In this document: positions 10,835-22,003 of the stretch, one piece after another | Layout: every line of letters begins with the position of its first letter | Position numbering within the stretch: the first letter of the stretch is position 1 | Assembly (NCBI GenBank): GCA_963779615.1 | Contig: CAVZZA010000001.1 | Span: 128,001 to 192,000 of the forward strand | Reading direction: 5' to 3' | DNA length: 64,000 nt | Origin: an uncultured Nitrososphaeraceae archaeon | GTDB lineage: Archaea; Thermoproteota; Nitrososphaeria; Nitrososphaerales; Nitrososphaeraceae | Translations under genes and position numbers: made by a program | The notes under the pieces: model-generated | Told to the model about the DNA's origin: nothing | The model's input: the letters and a program-made list of their open reading frames with translations, nothing else | The model's database searches: none

Positions 10835-12325
10835 CTAGGCTGCTGCGGGTAATGTTTTTCTCTTTAAAATCAGTCCAAATCCAAGGGATACTGCTGACAA
10901 TAACCCTGATGTAAGGAACACCAGATCATAAGATTCATCTGATGGATATGATCCCCTGACCCCCATAGTTTCATGATCGGCCATATATATACCCGCCAGT
11001 GCCGGACCTATTGCCATGCCTACAAACAACAACAGAGCACCAACTCCCACCGATATGCCGGTAAATTCTTTTGGGGATGATGACACTATCATATTCCAGG
11101 TTGCAGTCATGGTAAGTGACAGACCAGTAGCAATTATGGCCAAATTCACAGATACTATAAATTCAGTTGAATTGAACACCAACAATCCAATTGTACCAAA
11201 TAGGCTGATTACTCCACCAATGATCGCAGGCTTTATGCTGCCTATTTTGTTTATGATAAATGGGGTAATGCCTGCAAACACCAGGAAACTTATCATAAAT
11301 GGCAGCTGAACGTTTGCAGCATCCACTGAATCGCCTCCAAACCCCAGTGGAATTGGACTCCTAACCAACTGGACTATTGTTGGATAGATCATGAACATCG
11401 TAATTCCAGTGGTTATCAATATGATGTAGGAGGGTAACAGGATCTTGTCTCGCAACAACCTCAAGTCAACAAACGGAGGCACAGCCTTTCTTTCTACTAC
11501 AACAAACACACTTAACGAAATTACAGATATCAAGAATGCCCCGGCGATTTGCGGAAGATTTTCTTTATTTACGCCGATTTGTATAAGTGTAAGTGCGATT
11601 AGAAAGAAGGATATCGTTGCAGAAAGAGCCAATATACCCTTGATATCTACTGGAAATGCTTTTCGTTTATTATTTGATGCATTTTCTTCAATTATGGATT
11701 TGCTAGATAGACCTGATCCTGTGTTTTCCTTTACTATTTTAGAGATGAGTAGCGTTACTAGTATCTAAAAAGGAACTATAGCCAAGAAAGTCGAGTGCCA
11801 GCCAAAGGCTTGGATGATGCTGGCTCCAACCAACAGGCCAACCACTGAACCTGCTGAATACGCAGATCCAAATATCCCTACAGCTATGGAAAGTTTAGCC
11901 GGTGGGAAGGTATCCCTAAGAAGGCTAAATGCAGCCGGGATCGCCGCTAAACCGGCGCCCTGGATAATTCTTGTGACAAGTAGAAAAGATATGCTATTCG
12001 CGAATCCGCCGGCCGTCAGTCCAACCACATATATCACAAGTAATGATAGTAACACTTTCTTTTTTCTGTACAAATCAGAAAGTCTACCGGCAATGGGGGT
12101 CATCACGGCAGCCACAATCAAGTAAGCACTGAATATCCAGGCCGCGGTTCCGTAGGATATGCTGAATTCGCCTATTATCTCTGGCAGCGCAGGCAAGAGC
12201 ATTGTTTCCGAGAAAAAAACTGTCAAGAGAGTGCTGCTGAGTATTGCTAGTGTAAGCCAAGCATGACGGCCAATAACAGCTGTTTCATTAACTACCTTGT
12301 TTTTTTCACTCTGGTTTTTTACCAT
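10835..12325 (-). pseudogene. MFS drug-efflux-type transporter with an in-frame TAG at 11765-11767
   Basis: Motif A GRLSDLYRKK and many TM segments; the two ORFs share a frame and are separated only by one amber codon. Confidence 0.85.
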
Positions 12326-12344
12326 AGATTAATTACCTTTTCTC

Positions 12345-12371
12345 ATTAACTATAATTAGGTAAGCATATAA
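12345..12371 (-). promoter_or_regulatory. promoter/operator box upstream of the MFS gene
   Basis: TTATATGCTTACCTAATTATAGTTAAT (minus strand), 25/27 identical to 13331-13357. Confidence 0.7.
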
Positions 12372-12822
12372 GTTAATAGGTAACATCATGGTAAGTAGAT
12401 AGCATATGGTATACTGAATGAGAAAATCCTTACAAGAAGGAGTTATAAAAAGATGCCCTATCGATCATATGAAACAATTTTTTTTGAAACATGTATGTCA
12501 AAGTAATCATGTACCCTATGCTAAATTACAATAATTAAATTTTATGCACTTGATATTGGAAGTCATCATTGGCACCATGGTTTTTTCATTCTGAGGCTAG
12601 TCTGGATAATGAAATGGTGAGCAAAATGGTTAAACCATTTAATAAACGCTCGAGATTAAATTTAAGATTATGATGAAAAGGAAAATCTGCTTAACATGGT
12701 GCGGCTACGGTAACCAGGACCCGGCGTTAATCCCGACGCATTAACAAGGGTATTCTTCTGTATCTACTATTAACTATGCATATAAAACATGCAGGAACAA
12801 AGAGGGTTAATAGTTTATTGGA

Positions 12823-13287
12823 CTACATGTATTTTTTAATGGATTTAGCGGTTATTCTGTCAATTTTGGCCGGATCGGGGTTGTCAAACATCTTGTCGCC
12901 GCAATGCCTGACGGAAAACAACGCCATTTGCTCCAAAATCGGCTGTAACTCTTTGCCCTTTTGGGTAAGGTAGTACTCTATCCTGACTGGAGTCTCGTTG
13001 TACACCTGGCGCCTTATGATTCCGTCATTCTCCATCTCTTTCAGCCGTATTGACAGGGTTTTGGGGTTTATCTCCTCTATTGAATTCAAGAACTCGTTAA
13101 ACCGCTTCTGCCTAACGTAAATCATATTGCGCAATATCAAAAGGGAAAACTTTTTGCCAATTATGTTAAACGTGTTAAAGACAGGGCAGCATTTGCACAG
13201 CATCCCATCTATCACATGTTGCTGCTGCTGCTGTTTGGAATTTTCCCTATTTTCCTGGTGCTGCTCATACGACTCTTGCTCGGTCAA
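12823..13287 (-). CDS. HxlR-family winged-helix transcriptional regulator
   Basis: CPVFNTFNIIGKK, RFNEF, INPKTLSIRLKEME, PVRIEYYLTQKG. Confidence 0.93.
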   Translation of the reverse strand: MTEQESYEQHQENRENSKQQQQQHVIDGMLCKCCPVFNTFNIIGKKFSLLILRNMIYVRQKRFNEFLNSIEEINPKTLSIRLKEMENDGIIRRQVYNETPVRIEYYLTQKGKELQPILEQMALFSVRHCGDKMFDNPDPAKIDRITAKSIKKYM

Positions 13288-13330
13288 CTTAACAACACTT
13301 CACCTACTTACAGATTTGTCACTTACCAGT

Positions 13331-13357
13331 TTATATACTTACCTTATTATAGTTAAT
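13331..13357 (+). promoter_or_regulatory. promoter/operator box upstream of the Cys-rich ORF
   Basis: TTATATACTTACCTTATTATAGTTAAT, 25/27 identical to the MFS upstream box. Confidence 0.7.
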
Positions 13358-13375
13358 AACACTAAGTGATTTAAA

Positions 13376-13762
13376 ATGGTAGAAAACCAATGTGACTCAA
13401 CCTGTGCGACTCCCAATCGCATAGAAGAACCTGCAACCCACAATCAGAGTTGCTCAAGCACATGTGAATGCCAAACAACAACATCTGGTAATTGCAACAG
13501 CAGTTCTTCTTGTTGTGAAACAGACCCAATTGAAACAGCAAAACAGCTATTGGAAAGCTCCTTCTTTGCAGCGCTGAAAGAGGTTCATGTCGAAAAAATT
13601 AAGAAAATAATTGAAAGGGATTCGGGAGGCACCATAGACAAGACCGCTGAACTGGCGGTCAAAACAATTGAAAAGCAATGGCAGGCATCCGTATCAGCAT
13701 CAAACACAAAGAAAGAGTTCTATGAAGAACTGGGAAGGATTATGGCACCTAATAGCAAATAA
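13376..13762 (+). CDS. hypothetical protein with Cys-rich N-terminus
   Basis: 128 aa; 8 Cys in the first ~47 residues, then a helical domain; T-rich terminator-like tract downstream. Confidence 0.75.
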   Translation: MVENQCDSTCATPNRIEEPATHNQSCSSTCECQTTTSGNCNSSSSCCETDPIETAKQLLESSFFAALKEVHVEKIKKIIERDSGGTIDKTAELAVKTIEKQWQASVSASNTKKEFYEELGRIMAPNSK

Positions 13763-14864
13763 TGGCAAGCAGATGTACCCTACAATCCCCTTTTTGTTTT
13801 ATTGGCCTTGAGAGTACGGCAGTTAAACAGGTTTACCAGATTTTGTTTATTTTAATACAAACGCCTAGTCGATGACCATACAGGGAATTCTTAGATATTT
13901 CCTTTGATTTAAAACCAGCAGAAAAATGCCTTCCAAATTTATGGTCACTACTGGAATTCGAGGTTGCTATAAAGGATATCCTCCACACAATCAATTGCAC
14001 TCTACTGCCGGCTGGCACAATTTTAGATACATCGGGATGGGATTGTTAGCACCTGACGTTTTCTTCAATTTGTTAACGTGATAAAACAGGCATAATACCA
14101 ACACTATAAACACAAATAGGAATATTTGGTATAGATTTATCTTTTAATTTAATAATTTAAGTCATACATTCGACAGTAATAGCAGACACCATGATGACTT
14201 GCATTTTTTGACACAGTGATGGAAAAAAGGGTTTATGCTTGCCGAATTGTGGTCAAGGTAACTGGATAACTACGGCTTTAGCCATACCGGCATTGAGATC
14301 AGGATTTGATGAGTTGGAGATATATAAAAAAAGAAATGTGGTTAACAGCCATGAATCCCAAAAGCAGGCCATACACCAACACAATGGCCACCAAAGAATT
14401 ACATGCCCCAACTAAAACACCTGCTCTGCTTAAGGGGGATTTGCATTTCGTTACCAATTCCTCTAAACACTATGACAAAGATATACTTGATTTGGAACCC
14501 AATAAACCACAATCTAACAAATCACTGAATAAAGGCAACAATCAAAATATGAACAGGAGTGTTTAAGAAATAATGAGAATAATTGAGCAAGCAAACAATG
14601 CCGGAAAAACAAAAAGGGCAAATATTGCCAATTTGTATGGTTCTTCTTTCTAAGAACAATACCAAACAGGTCACCTAATTCCTAGTTGCCTTTTTTGTTA
14701 ACAATAACGCCCTATTAATATACTCAACGATAGGAGTCGGTATAAAGCATAAAACCTAAAGTTATCACATCAGTTTTGAATCTAAATATTTCGGACAAAC
14801 GAATCAAAATAACTAACATCAAATCCATGGGATTTTGCAGTTGCGTGTCTTATCTAAAGCCGAT

Positions 14865-15116
14865 CTATTTTCCGGCATATCGACCATAGCCATCATCCAT
14901 CATTAATTCTCTATCTACAAATTTAATCAGTTTCTTGTCGAATATCTTTGTAGAGTAATCACAAATAATGCATCGAAAATACACTTTAGATTTTCTCACT
15001 TTAGGCTTTCCTGTAGTTTCATAACGACTGACAAACCAATCTTTTGGTGAATTAATTTTACAGTTTGGGCAAACAATGCATGCAGACACCTCGTCTAAAT
15101 CATCCGAGATAGACAT
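14865..15116 (-). CDS. small zinc-ribbon protein
   Basis: CPNC...CIIC pairs in an 83-aa ATG-start ORF. Confidence 0.6.
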   Translation of the reverse strand: MSISDDLDEVSACIVCPNCKINSPKDWFVSRYETTGKPKVRKSKVYFRCIICDYSTKIFDKKLIKFVDRELMMDDGYGRYAGK

Positions 15117-15679
15117 ATGCTGTTAGTATAGTGATTTTTCAACCTATTTATTTATTGATGATTACAAAGACAGCAAATAGGGGATGGTGAAACAGGGTGA
15201 AACGAAAACGCTGCAAAGTACAAAACAACTTGAAGAAGTCAGCAAAGTTTAATTTATCACCTATCTCCACTGTTGCCTTCTTTTGATTTTTGCAACCCCG
15301 CAGCCATAGACATTGGTTGGTCAGGCAATCGCGTTATTTCGCAATCTTTAGTTTTATCCCTCTGAAGATTAACTTAATTCCTATAATTCTTGTGCATTGC
15401 TTAAAATATTTGCACCCCTGTAATTCCGATTGAGCATTTTGAGAAATGTGATACAGGATTCTATTTCTATGATATCTTCAATATAGATCTAAAGCCTTAT
15501 TGATGAAATTGTTTTTAAACCTGGGAAAAAAACGGCTCATAACCATGTTTATTTCAAATGTGATTGATTGGCTTTTAATATCTTACTAAGCAACAACACA
15601 AATCACCAAACACATCCTTCAGATTGAAAGTCTTGGGGAATTGTAAAACTTTTAAGCACTTTTTACGCATTCCACAGAT

Positions 15680-16747
15680 ATGTACTTGTCAAAAGGCCCA
15701 ATTAATAGAATGCTGATAGGGGTCAACTTTGATGGAGTCAAGATTGCTGAACGCCAAAACCGTCAAAAGGCAGCACCCCCAAGCAACTACATTAGCGATT
15801 CTTTCAGAATTTTTTCCAAAAGTGGATTAAACTGCATAAGAATACCTTTTTACTGGGAATCTTTTGAAAAGGATCCTATTGGCTTCATTGAAGAGTTAGA
15901 GATCATTTCAGACGAGGCGGATAAAAACGATTTAAAGTGCATTTATGACAACCACCAGTGGAAATGCTCCTCCTTGTTAGGTTACGGGATCGGATTTCCA
16001 GATTCATTATTACACACCATATCGCAACGAAAGCCTCCAACTTACGATTCTTGGAGTCCTCCAAATAAAAGAGAACTTGAAACATTCTGGAATCAATGGT
16101 GGGACAGAAAAGCAGCAAACAGCGAAAATAAGGACGGATGGGAATCACAAAGAGACTTTTTAAAAATAGTCATAAGCAAACTGAATAACAAGAAATCCAC
16201 ATTTGGATTTGAAATACTTAATGAACCCCAGGTATACAGAAATTCCGACTTCAAGAAGGTTTCAGATGACCATAACTACATGGTAGAAAATCTAGAAAAA
16301 CACACAGAAAAGCCATTCCTTTTCTCTTGCGCACACTCCAAATCAACAAGGTCATTTGGTTTTCCATGGAGACAATCCAAAATTAGACCCACAATCGAAA
16401 CAAAAAACAGGATGATATTTGACATACACCCATATCCACCGCATTACGTAGTTTTGTTATACTATAAATTAGTATCTACATTAATGAAAAATGATAAAAT
16501 GTTTGCAGGAGAGTTTAATTCAGGAGTAAAGGAGAATGCAACAATAAATCCAAAACAACATGCACAGTACACCAAAAGATTTTTAGGCTTTTCACTGCAT
16601 GGTGCCACCTTTTGGTGGTGGTCATATGAACCCGACAGCGCCCATCCTGCATTTAATTTAACCAAGGTGGTGGAAAACAGGATTCATCCCAACGAAAACT
16701 TTGTAAATCTTATTAAATCGATATCACAGAACATAAAGGATCAGTAA
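15680..16747 (+). CDS. glycoside hydrolase family 5 (cellulase-like)
   Basis: GLNCIRIPFYWE, DNHQW, FEILNEP (acid/base Glu), DIHPY, AGEF (nucleophile), FWWW. Confidence 0.88.
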   Translation: MYLSKGPINRMLIGVNFDGVKIAERQNRQKAAPPSNYISDSFRIFSKSGLNCIRIPFYWESFEKDPIGFIEELEIISDEADKNDLKCIYDNHQWKCSSLLGYGIGFPDSLLHTISQRKPPTYDSWSPPNKRELETFWNQWWDRKAANSENKDGWESQRDFLKIVISKLNNKKSTFGFEILNEPQVYRNSDFKKVSDDHNYMVENLEKHTEKPFLFSCAHSKSTRSFGFPWRQSKIRPTIETKNRMIFDIHPYPPHYVVLLYYKLVSTLMKNDKMFAGEFNSGVKENATINPKQHAQYTKRFLGFSLHGATFWWWSYEPDSAHPAFNLTKVVENRIHPNENFVNLIKSISQNIKDQ

Positions 16748-17442
16748 ACGCTCCACGACACCACATAGAAAAATCAAGCCCCATTTTGGAATCAAAACAC
16801 CAGACATAGAGCCACTCTTAACAAGGGAATCCAAAAGTTTAACCAATTCCAGGGGTACAAAATATGAATCCTTTTTTAGCATTGAAAACGCAGGGGAAAC
16901 CACCGGGCCTATTAATATTTTTAGTAACGCCATGGCATGGCAAATGCAGCATAAAAATTATGATGTTGATCTGGTATCTGCCGTTTTTTTCCAGGCAATA
17001 GTTGTCATTTGTTTACATTATCCTTGCCAGATACAATATAGCCAAAGTAAAAATAAAAAAATAAAAAAAGAGAACCATAATTTCACCCATACAAAAAATA
17101 TTGACATTCAGTTTCTCCATAGAGAAACTAATCTTATATCCGTGATGCATAATTTTTCAATTGCTACACACGTTGATTTTCATGTTGTTTTTGGATGGAG
17201 AATAGCACATTTTTTTGGAAAACTACCTTTCAGACAAGTTCCAAACAATGTTCTTTAAAATGGGTCCCAAAGAGTGATCCAACAATTCACGTAAAATATT
17301 ACTGGTTAAAATTCTACTCAATAATCATCTTAACTTATTTTATAATAACTTTTTCTTAAACTATCTAGGTGGAAAAATTCATTATGAAATTTACGTATAA
17401 AGTGACTAATTCAAGATATACCAAAAGTATGTTATTCCAATA

Positions 17443-17751
17443 ATGAAAAATGCAAATAAAATGCTGCTGATAGCAGCAATTACATCGTTATTAGTCATGG
17501 GAACAAGCATAATTCCGATGCAATCCTATGCAGGAAGCACCAGTGACGAGTTCAAGTCAAAGATAAAATCAAGCACACAAATAGACAAAAAGAGTGCAAG
17601 CCAGCACTTGGACCAGGATAACTTTTGCTACAGAGGCGCTGAATGTCAACAAGCCAACCAAGCCCAACAGATAATCGGAGAAGACAACGAAGCATCAGGA
17701 TTCAATGACCAAAGCTTCAACATAGAGGATTCAACAGACTCCACAGAATAG
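17443..17751 (+). CDS. short secreted QN/CC-module protein
   Basis: Signal peptide ending PMQSYA; QHLDQDNFCYRGAECQQANQAQQIIGEDNEASGFNDQS. Confidence 0.85.
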   Translation: MKNANKMLLIAAITSLLVMGTSIIPMQSYAGSTSDEFKSKIKSSTQIDKKSASQHLDQDNFCYRGAECQQANQAQQIIGEDNEASGFNDQSFNIEDSTDSTE

Positions 17752-17889
17752 GCAACAAACCACTAGAAACAAAGCAGACAGGAATGGGAACATTCCAATA
17801 AAAGAATGGGATCAACCATCTCATTGATTTTTTTTGGAACACCACATATACAAGATTTTAGATTTGTCATGAATTCCAACAGGTTCAGC

Positions 17890-18456
17890 GCCGCAATCAG
17901 TTTCTTGCCAAGCATGGCAGACTGATCATTATAGGGACCTCAAAAACCTGTTGAGGACTAATAACATGCAAGGCATTCATACCGTAAAGGCACATCTCAT
18001 GGTTAACAACCAGGGAGTCATCATCCACAAAACAGAAAACAAGAAAGGAAAAAGGCATGGCTATGACATATACAAAAAGAATCACCCAATAACCCCAAAG
18101 CATGTTGTCAGCGTGTTTGACCTTGGGTATCTTGGGGTTGGGAAAGACCTTCCTGACCAAAAGTCATAAATGCCAAACAAAAACAAGAGAAGCCAAAAAG
18201 AGTTGGCTCGGGAAGAAAAAGAGCACAAACAGAACCACTCCAGAAAGAGGATAGTGATAGAGCACACTATTTGCAGAATGAAGAGTACAGGATAATGGGC
18301 GATGTCTTCAGAAACAGCCTCAAAAAGTATGATAAGGTGTCAGATATGATAGCAGGACTGGCAAACTACAGAACATTGTCATCTTTTTGGATGGGCATCG
18401 TCAGTCATTGCCGCACTGATAGGGCATACTGTTTCTAATTATGCAAAAGGTCTAAT
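17890..18456 (+). mobile_element. IS5-like (DDE_Tnp_4) transposase remnant with right terminal repeat
   Basis: HTVK...DLGYLG...RIVIEHTICRMK with stops and frameshifts; end AATTATGCAAAAGGTCTAAT is 17/20 identical to 47884-47903. Confidence 0.8.
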
Positions 18457-18542
18457 GAGGCTTGTCCCTGCAAAGGCCAATTTTGTCGATACAGCTAAAA
18501 CTTATGTAGGGGCATACTGTTAGGAAACTAGTCAATCGTCCT

Positions 18543-20336
18543 TTGTTTAACAATGCAAGGATTCCTCTGTCAAAGGCAAATTCTACCATACTAATTGCGA
18601 TAGCTGTTGTTGCTATATTGCTCTCAGTTTATTCATATCAATATTACACTTTCACTTCTGCTCAAATCTCAGATATTGCTTTACAAGAGATAAAGACAAA
18701 TTCTCAAATCCAAGTACATGATCTTTCGCAAATACTATCAAACAAATTTGAAAGCATAAGCAATCTCTTGCAAGTGCTTGCAGATTCACCAGCCATACAT
18801 AACAACGAGTACAAAAGGGCATCTACCATTATAGACATTAGACAACAATACTCAAATCAACTTACAGATTTTTACATGTGGCTTGACAAAAATGGCAGGA
18901 TGGTTTGGTTGAGCAACATTAGCCAAAGCGACCATCAAAAGTATAAAGGAACAGATTTGAGTTACAGGCCATATTTTTCTGTACCCAGGGATACCCATAC
19001 AGCATATTATAGCAGTTTGATAGAATCAAATGACAAGATTCCCAGGTTATACATATCCTATCCAGTAATCAACAATACAGAAAAAGGATCGCCTGGAATA
19101 TTTACCGGCGTTGTAGTTGCATCAATGAGAGCTACCGCCTTAGAAACCCTGTTACAGCATCAATTAGTTCCGCAATTTAACAGCACAGTAGGACTGCTGG
19201 AGGGAAAAGGCATGGTAATTTATTCGAGCACGCCGTCATTTATTGGTAAAGACGTTTTTGGCAATTACATACAATTTGCATTTTCATCCTCACTTTCTTC
19301 TGAAGATAAAAGTTCGTTAAATAACCTGATAAAGGATTCACTGCATGGAAACAAGGGATCAGACGACATTGCTTTACAGGGAAAAATGAACACCATATCT
19401 TATGAGCCCGTAAACATTAATGGCAAGTACTTTTTGACACTATACGTTATTGCTCCACACAATCTCGCAAGTGACGTTGGTGGGCTAATCAATCAACAGA
19501 AGAACTTTAGTGTCATTATAATAATTGTAATTGCAGCGGTAGCAATCGGTAGTGCGTTTTTGGTACTTTTGTGGAACAAGAGGTTAAAATTCACGGTAGA
19601 TAAAAGGACTGCAGAACTAAAGGCAGCAAATGAACAGTTAAAAGTTCATGACAAGATGCAAAATGAATTCATTAACATTGCCAGTCATGAAATAAAGACT
19701 CCGACTCAAATTCTTCTTAGCTATTCAGAGCTGTTACAAAGACATCCCGAAAAAATGGAACAAATATCTGAGGCAATATTTAGAAACGCCCAGCGGTTAC
19801 AAAAACTTACAAACGATATTCTAGATGTTACAAAAATTGAAAGCCAGACTCTAAAACTAAACAAAGAACAATTCAGCCTGACTGACACAATATCCATTGT
19901 TTTAGAAGATTTCAAAAATAGCATTCAAAATGAAGGCAGAGATATAAAGTTAATATACAAACCCGGTGAGAGTCTGGCAGTAGAAGCAGACAAGGGAATG
20001 ATAACCCAGGTGTTGTATAACATATTAAGCAATGCCATCAAGTTTTGCAAAAAAACTGGTGGAAAGATATATGTTACTACTACAGTGCAGAAAATGCAAA
20101 ATAGCAAGGATAGTGATAAGAAAGCCATTGTTAGCGTCAAAGATGATGGAACAGGCATAGACCCCACCATAATCCCAAGACTATTTACAAAATTTGCCAC
20201 AAAATCAGAAACAGGTAGTGGTTTAGGACTGTTTATATCAAGGGGCATAGTTGAAGCTCATGGTGGAAGAATTGGGGCTCAAAACAATTCTGATGGAGTA
20301 GGGGCCACTTTTTACTTTATGCTACCCATGTCGTAA
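18543..20336 (+). CDS. membrane sensor histidine kinase (Cache-like extracellular domain)
   Basis: Two TM helices, DLSYRPYF, H-box ASHEIKTP, N-box NILSNAIKF, DDGTG, GSGLGL. Confidence 0.95.
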   Translation: MFNNARIPLSKANSTILIAIAVVAILLSVYSYQYYTFTSAQISDIALQEIKTNSQIQVHDLSQILSNKFESISNLLQVLADSPAIHNNEYKRASTIIDIRQQYSNQLTDFYMWLDKNGRMVWLSNISQSDHQKYKGTDLSYRPYFSVPRDTHTAYYSSLIESNDKIPRLYISYPVINNTEKGSPGIFTGVVVASMRATALETLLQHQLVPQFNSTVGLLEGKGMVIYSSTPSFIGKDVFGNYIQFAFSSSLSSEDKSSLNNLIKDSLHGNKGSDDIALQGKMNTISYEPVNINGKYFLTLYVIAPHNLASDVGGLINQQKNFSVIIIIVIAAVAIGSAFLVLLWNKRLKFTVDKRTAELKAANEQLKVHDKMQNEFINIASHEIKTPTQILLSYSELLQRHPEKMEQISEAIFRNAQRLQKLTNDILDVTKIESQTLKLNKEQFSLTDTISIVLEDFKNSIQNEGRDIKLIYKPGESLAVEADKGMITQVLYNILSNAIKFCKKTGGKIYVTTTVQKMQNSKDSDKKAIVSVKDDGTGIDPTIIPRLFTKFATKSETGSGLGLFISRGIVEAHGGRIGAQNNSDGVGATFYFMLPMS

Positions 20337-20974
20337 AAAACAACAAAAAAAAGCAGAGCACAGCGACAAGTGCAACCGCATCGGATCACACAGACATGAA
20401 ACTGATTTGTCAAATCCCACCCCTCAAACACACCACATACATCATACCAAATAAAAGGAACATAGAGAACAAACGGCAACGGCATCAATTAACAAATAAT
20501 GATTGAATGGACTGTTGAACCCTTATCCTGCAAGGTTTTGAACACCCAATGGACAATTCAGATTTTATCTAAAAAAGATACAACGCATTAGATGAACATA
20601 ATTTTAATTGAAAGATAAATTGAACTATTCTAATGAATATTGTTTAGTCATCAATAGCCAAAAAAAAGAATCAACGTTTGAAAGGCTTGGATCGGAATCC
20701 AGTCCCCACCCCTGAGAGAATAATAACCAAATATTTTGAACGGCCTTTCTATGCTTTTAACTGAAATTCTGAATTTGAAAAAGAATAAAGCTAAATTGCT
20801 CCTTTTGTAATGCTATAGATGAATCCTTTACCAATTTGTACAAGTTCGCTAAGTTAGAAATGTAGAATGACCATCACCTACCCAGATAAGGAGCGCCATG
20901 AAAGCAGATTTTTATCAAAAAATCCGCTATAAAAATATCGATTGTTTAGCACACTTTAAATGGTATTTTATCGG

Positions 20975-21033
20975 TGAAAATGCGTCGGAAACCATCTGGC
21001 CCGTTATCCACAGGGGTTCAAATAATTTTTCAT
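20975..21033 (+). repeat. att-like site D (candidate island right end)
   Basis: TGAAAATGCGTCGGAAA-CCATCTGGCCCGTT-ATCCACAGGGGTTCAAATAATTTTTCAT: left arm of sites A/B joined to the right arm of sites C/E. Confidence 0.75.
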
Positions 21034-21139
21034 GTTCTTCTATTTCTAGCTCTTATAAAATTTAGAGTATTTATCCAAGATTCAAAAACATTGTTTGGAA
21101 AATAAGAAATAGCTTAAACATCATAACACAGCTTAGGCT

Positions 21140-22003
21140 ATGAACTGTCCGGAATTTAACAACAATGATGCCAAACATTCAGATACTCGTTTTTCCAATA
21201 TGGAGGAGATTTTCGCGGAATTAGCAAGCTCTCAGAGACTATCAATAATTTTCATGATCTCCTGCCAAAGGCTCAAGCTTTCAACACTTGCAAAAAGCCT
21301 TAATCTAACAATGCAAGAGGTTCACAGAAACACAAACAGGTTATTGGATTCCGGATTAATTGAAAAAAATTCGGAGGGCGTCTTTTTCTTGACCACTTTT
21401 GGAAACGCAATAACAAGGCAACTTTCAATATTTGATTTCCTTTCAAGCAACAAGTGTTATTTTTCTGATCATAAAATAGGTAACATACCGATGAAATTTG
21501 CCCAACGCATTGGGGCATTAAATGGAGGCAAGCTCATTTCAGGGATTGTACCCATAATAGAAACATGGAAAAGACTCTATGACGAATCAAGCGAGTACAT
21601 ATATGGAATTCTTCCACAGATTCCATTAGAGTTAATTCAAGCGGTAATACCCAAAGTCAAAAATGAAGGGGTCAAGTTTAACTACATCCTTCCAAAAAAC
21701 GCAATGGTGCCAAAGATACGAAATGGCCTTCAAAAAAGCTCTGGATATGCCGAATTATTAAAGCAAGGCATCATAGAGAGAAAGATGATCGATAAAATAG
21801 AAGTAGCGCTGATTTTAAACGAAAAGCAAGCCACTGTAATGTTCCCTACACTAAAGGGCGAGGCAGATATGAATCATATGTTCTCAAGCAATGATGCAAA
21901 ATCAAACAACGGTGGTTTGTTCCATGAATGGTGCGTTGATTTCTTTAGGTATTGTTGGCACAACTCAAACTCTTTTGATGAACGGAAACTAATCGAGGTT
22001 TGA
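21140..22003 (+). CDS. ArsR-like winged-helix transcriptional regulator (archaeal HTH plus C-terminal domain)
   Basis: ELASSQRLSII...QEVHRNTNRLLDSGLIEK...LTTFG; C-terminal FHEWCVDFF. Confidence 0.85.
   Translation: MNCPEFNNNDAKHSDTRFSNMEEIFAELASSQRLSIIFMISCQRLKLSTLAKSLNLTMQEVHRNTNRLLDSGLIEKNSEGVFFLTTFGNAITRQLSIFDFLSSNKCYFSDHKIGNIPMKFAQRIGALNGGKLISGIVPIIETWKRLYDESSEYIYGILPQIPLELIQAVIPKVKNEGVKFNYILPKNAMVPKIRNGLQKSSGYAELLKQGIIERKMIDKIEVALILNEKQATVMFPTLKGEADMNHMFSSNDAKSNNGGLFHEWCVDFFRYCWHNSNSFDERKLIEV

Larger units (their letters stand above)
2155..21005. mobile_element. tRNA-Arg-anchored composite integrative island
   Basis: Integrase next to tRNA; degenerate copies of the tRNA 3' end at ~5370, ~6993, ~7090 and ~20992; pseudogene-rich cargo of mixed GC content. 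Confidence 0.65.

Noticed and set aside
11765-11767. Pyrrolysine or programmed amber recoding
   Set aside because: No pyl genes or tRNA-Pyl in the window; a point change is the simpler explanation
13830-14650. Possible decayed membrane-protein gene on the minus strand
   Set aside because: Hydrophobic fragments are visible, but no family could be assigned
16932-17258. 108-aa ORF
   Set aside because: Low-complexity AT-rich translation with no motif; probably intergenic
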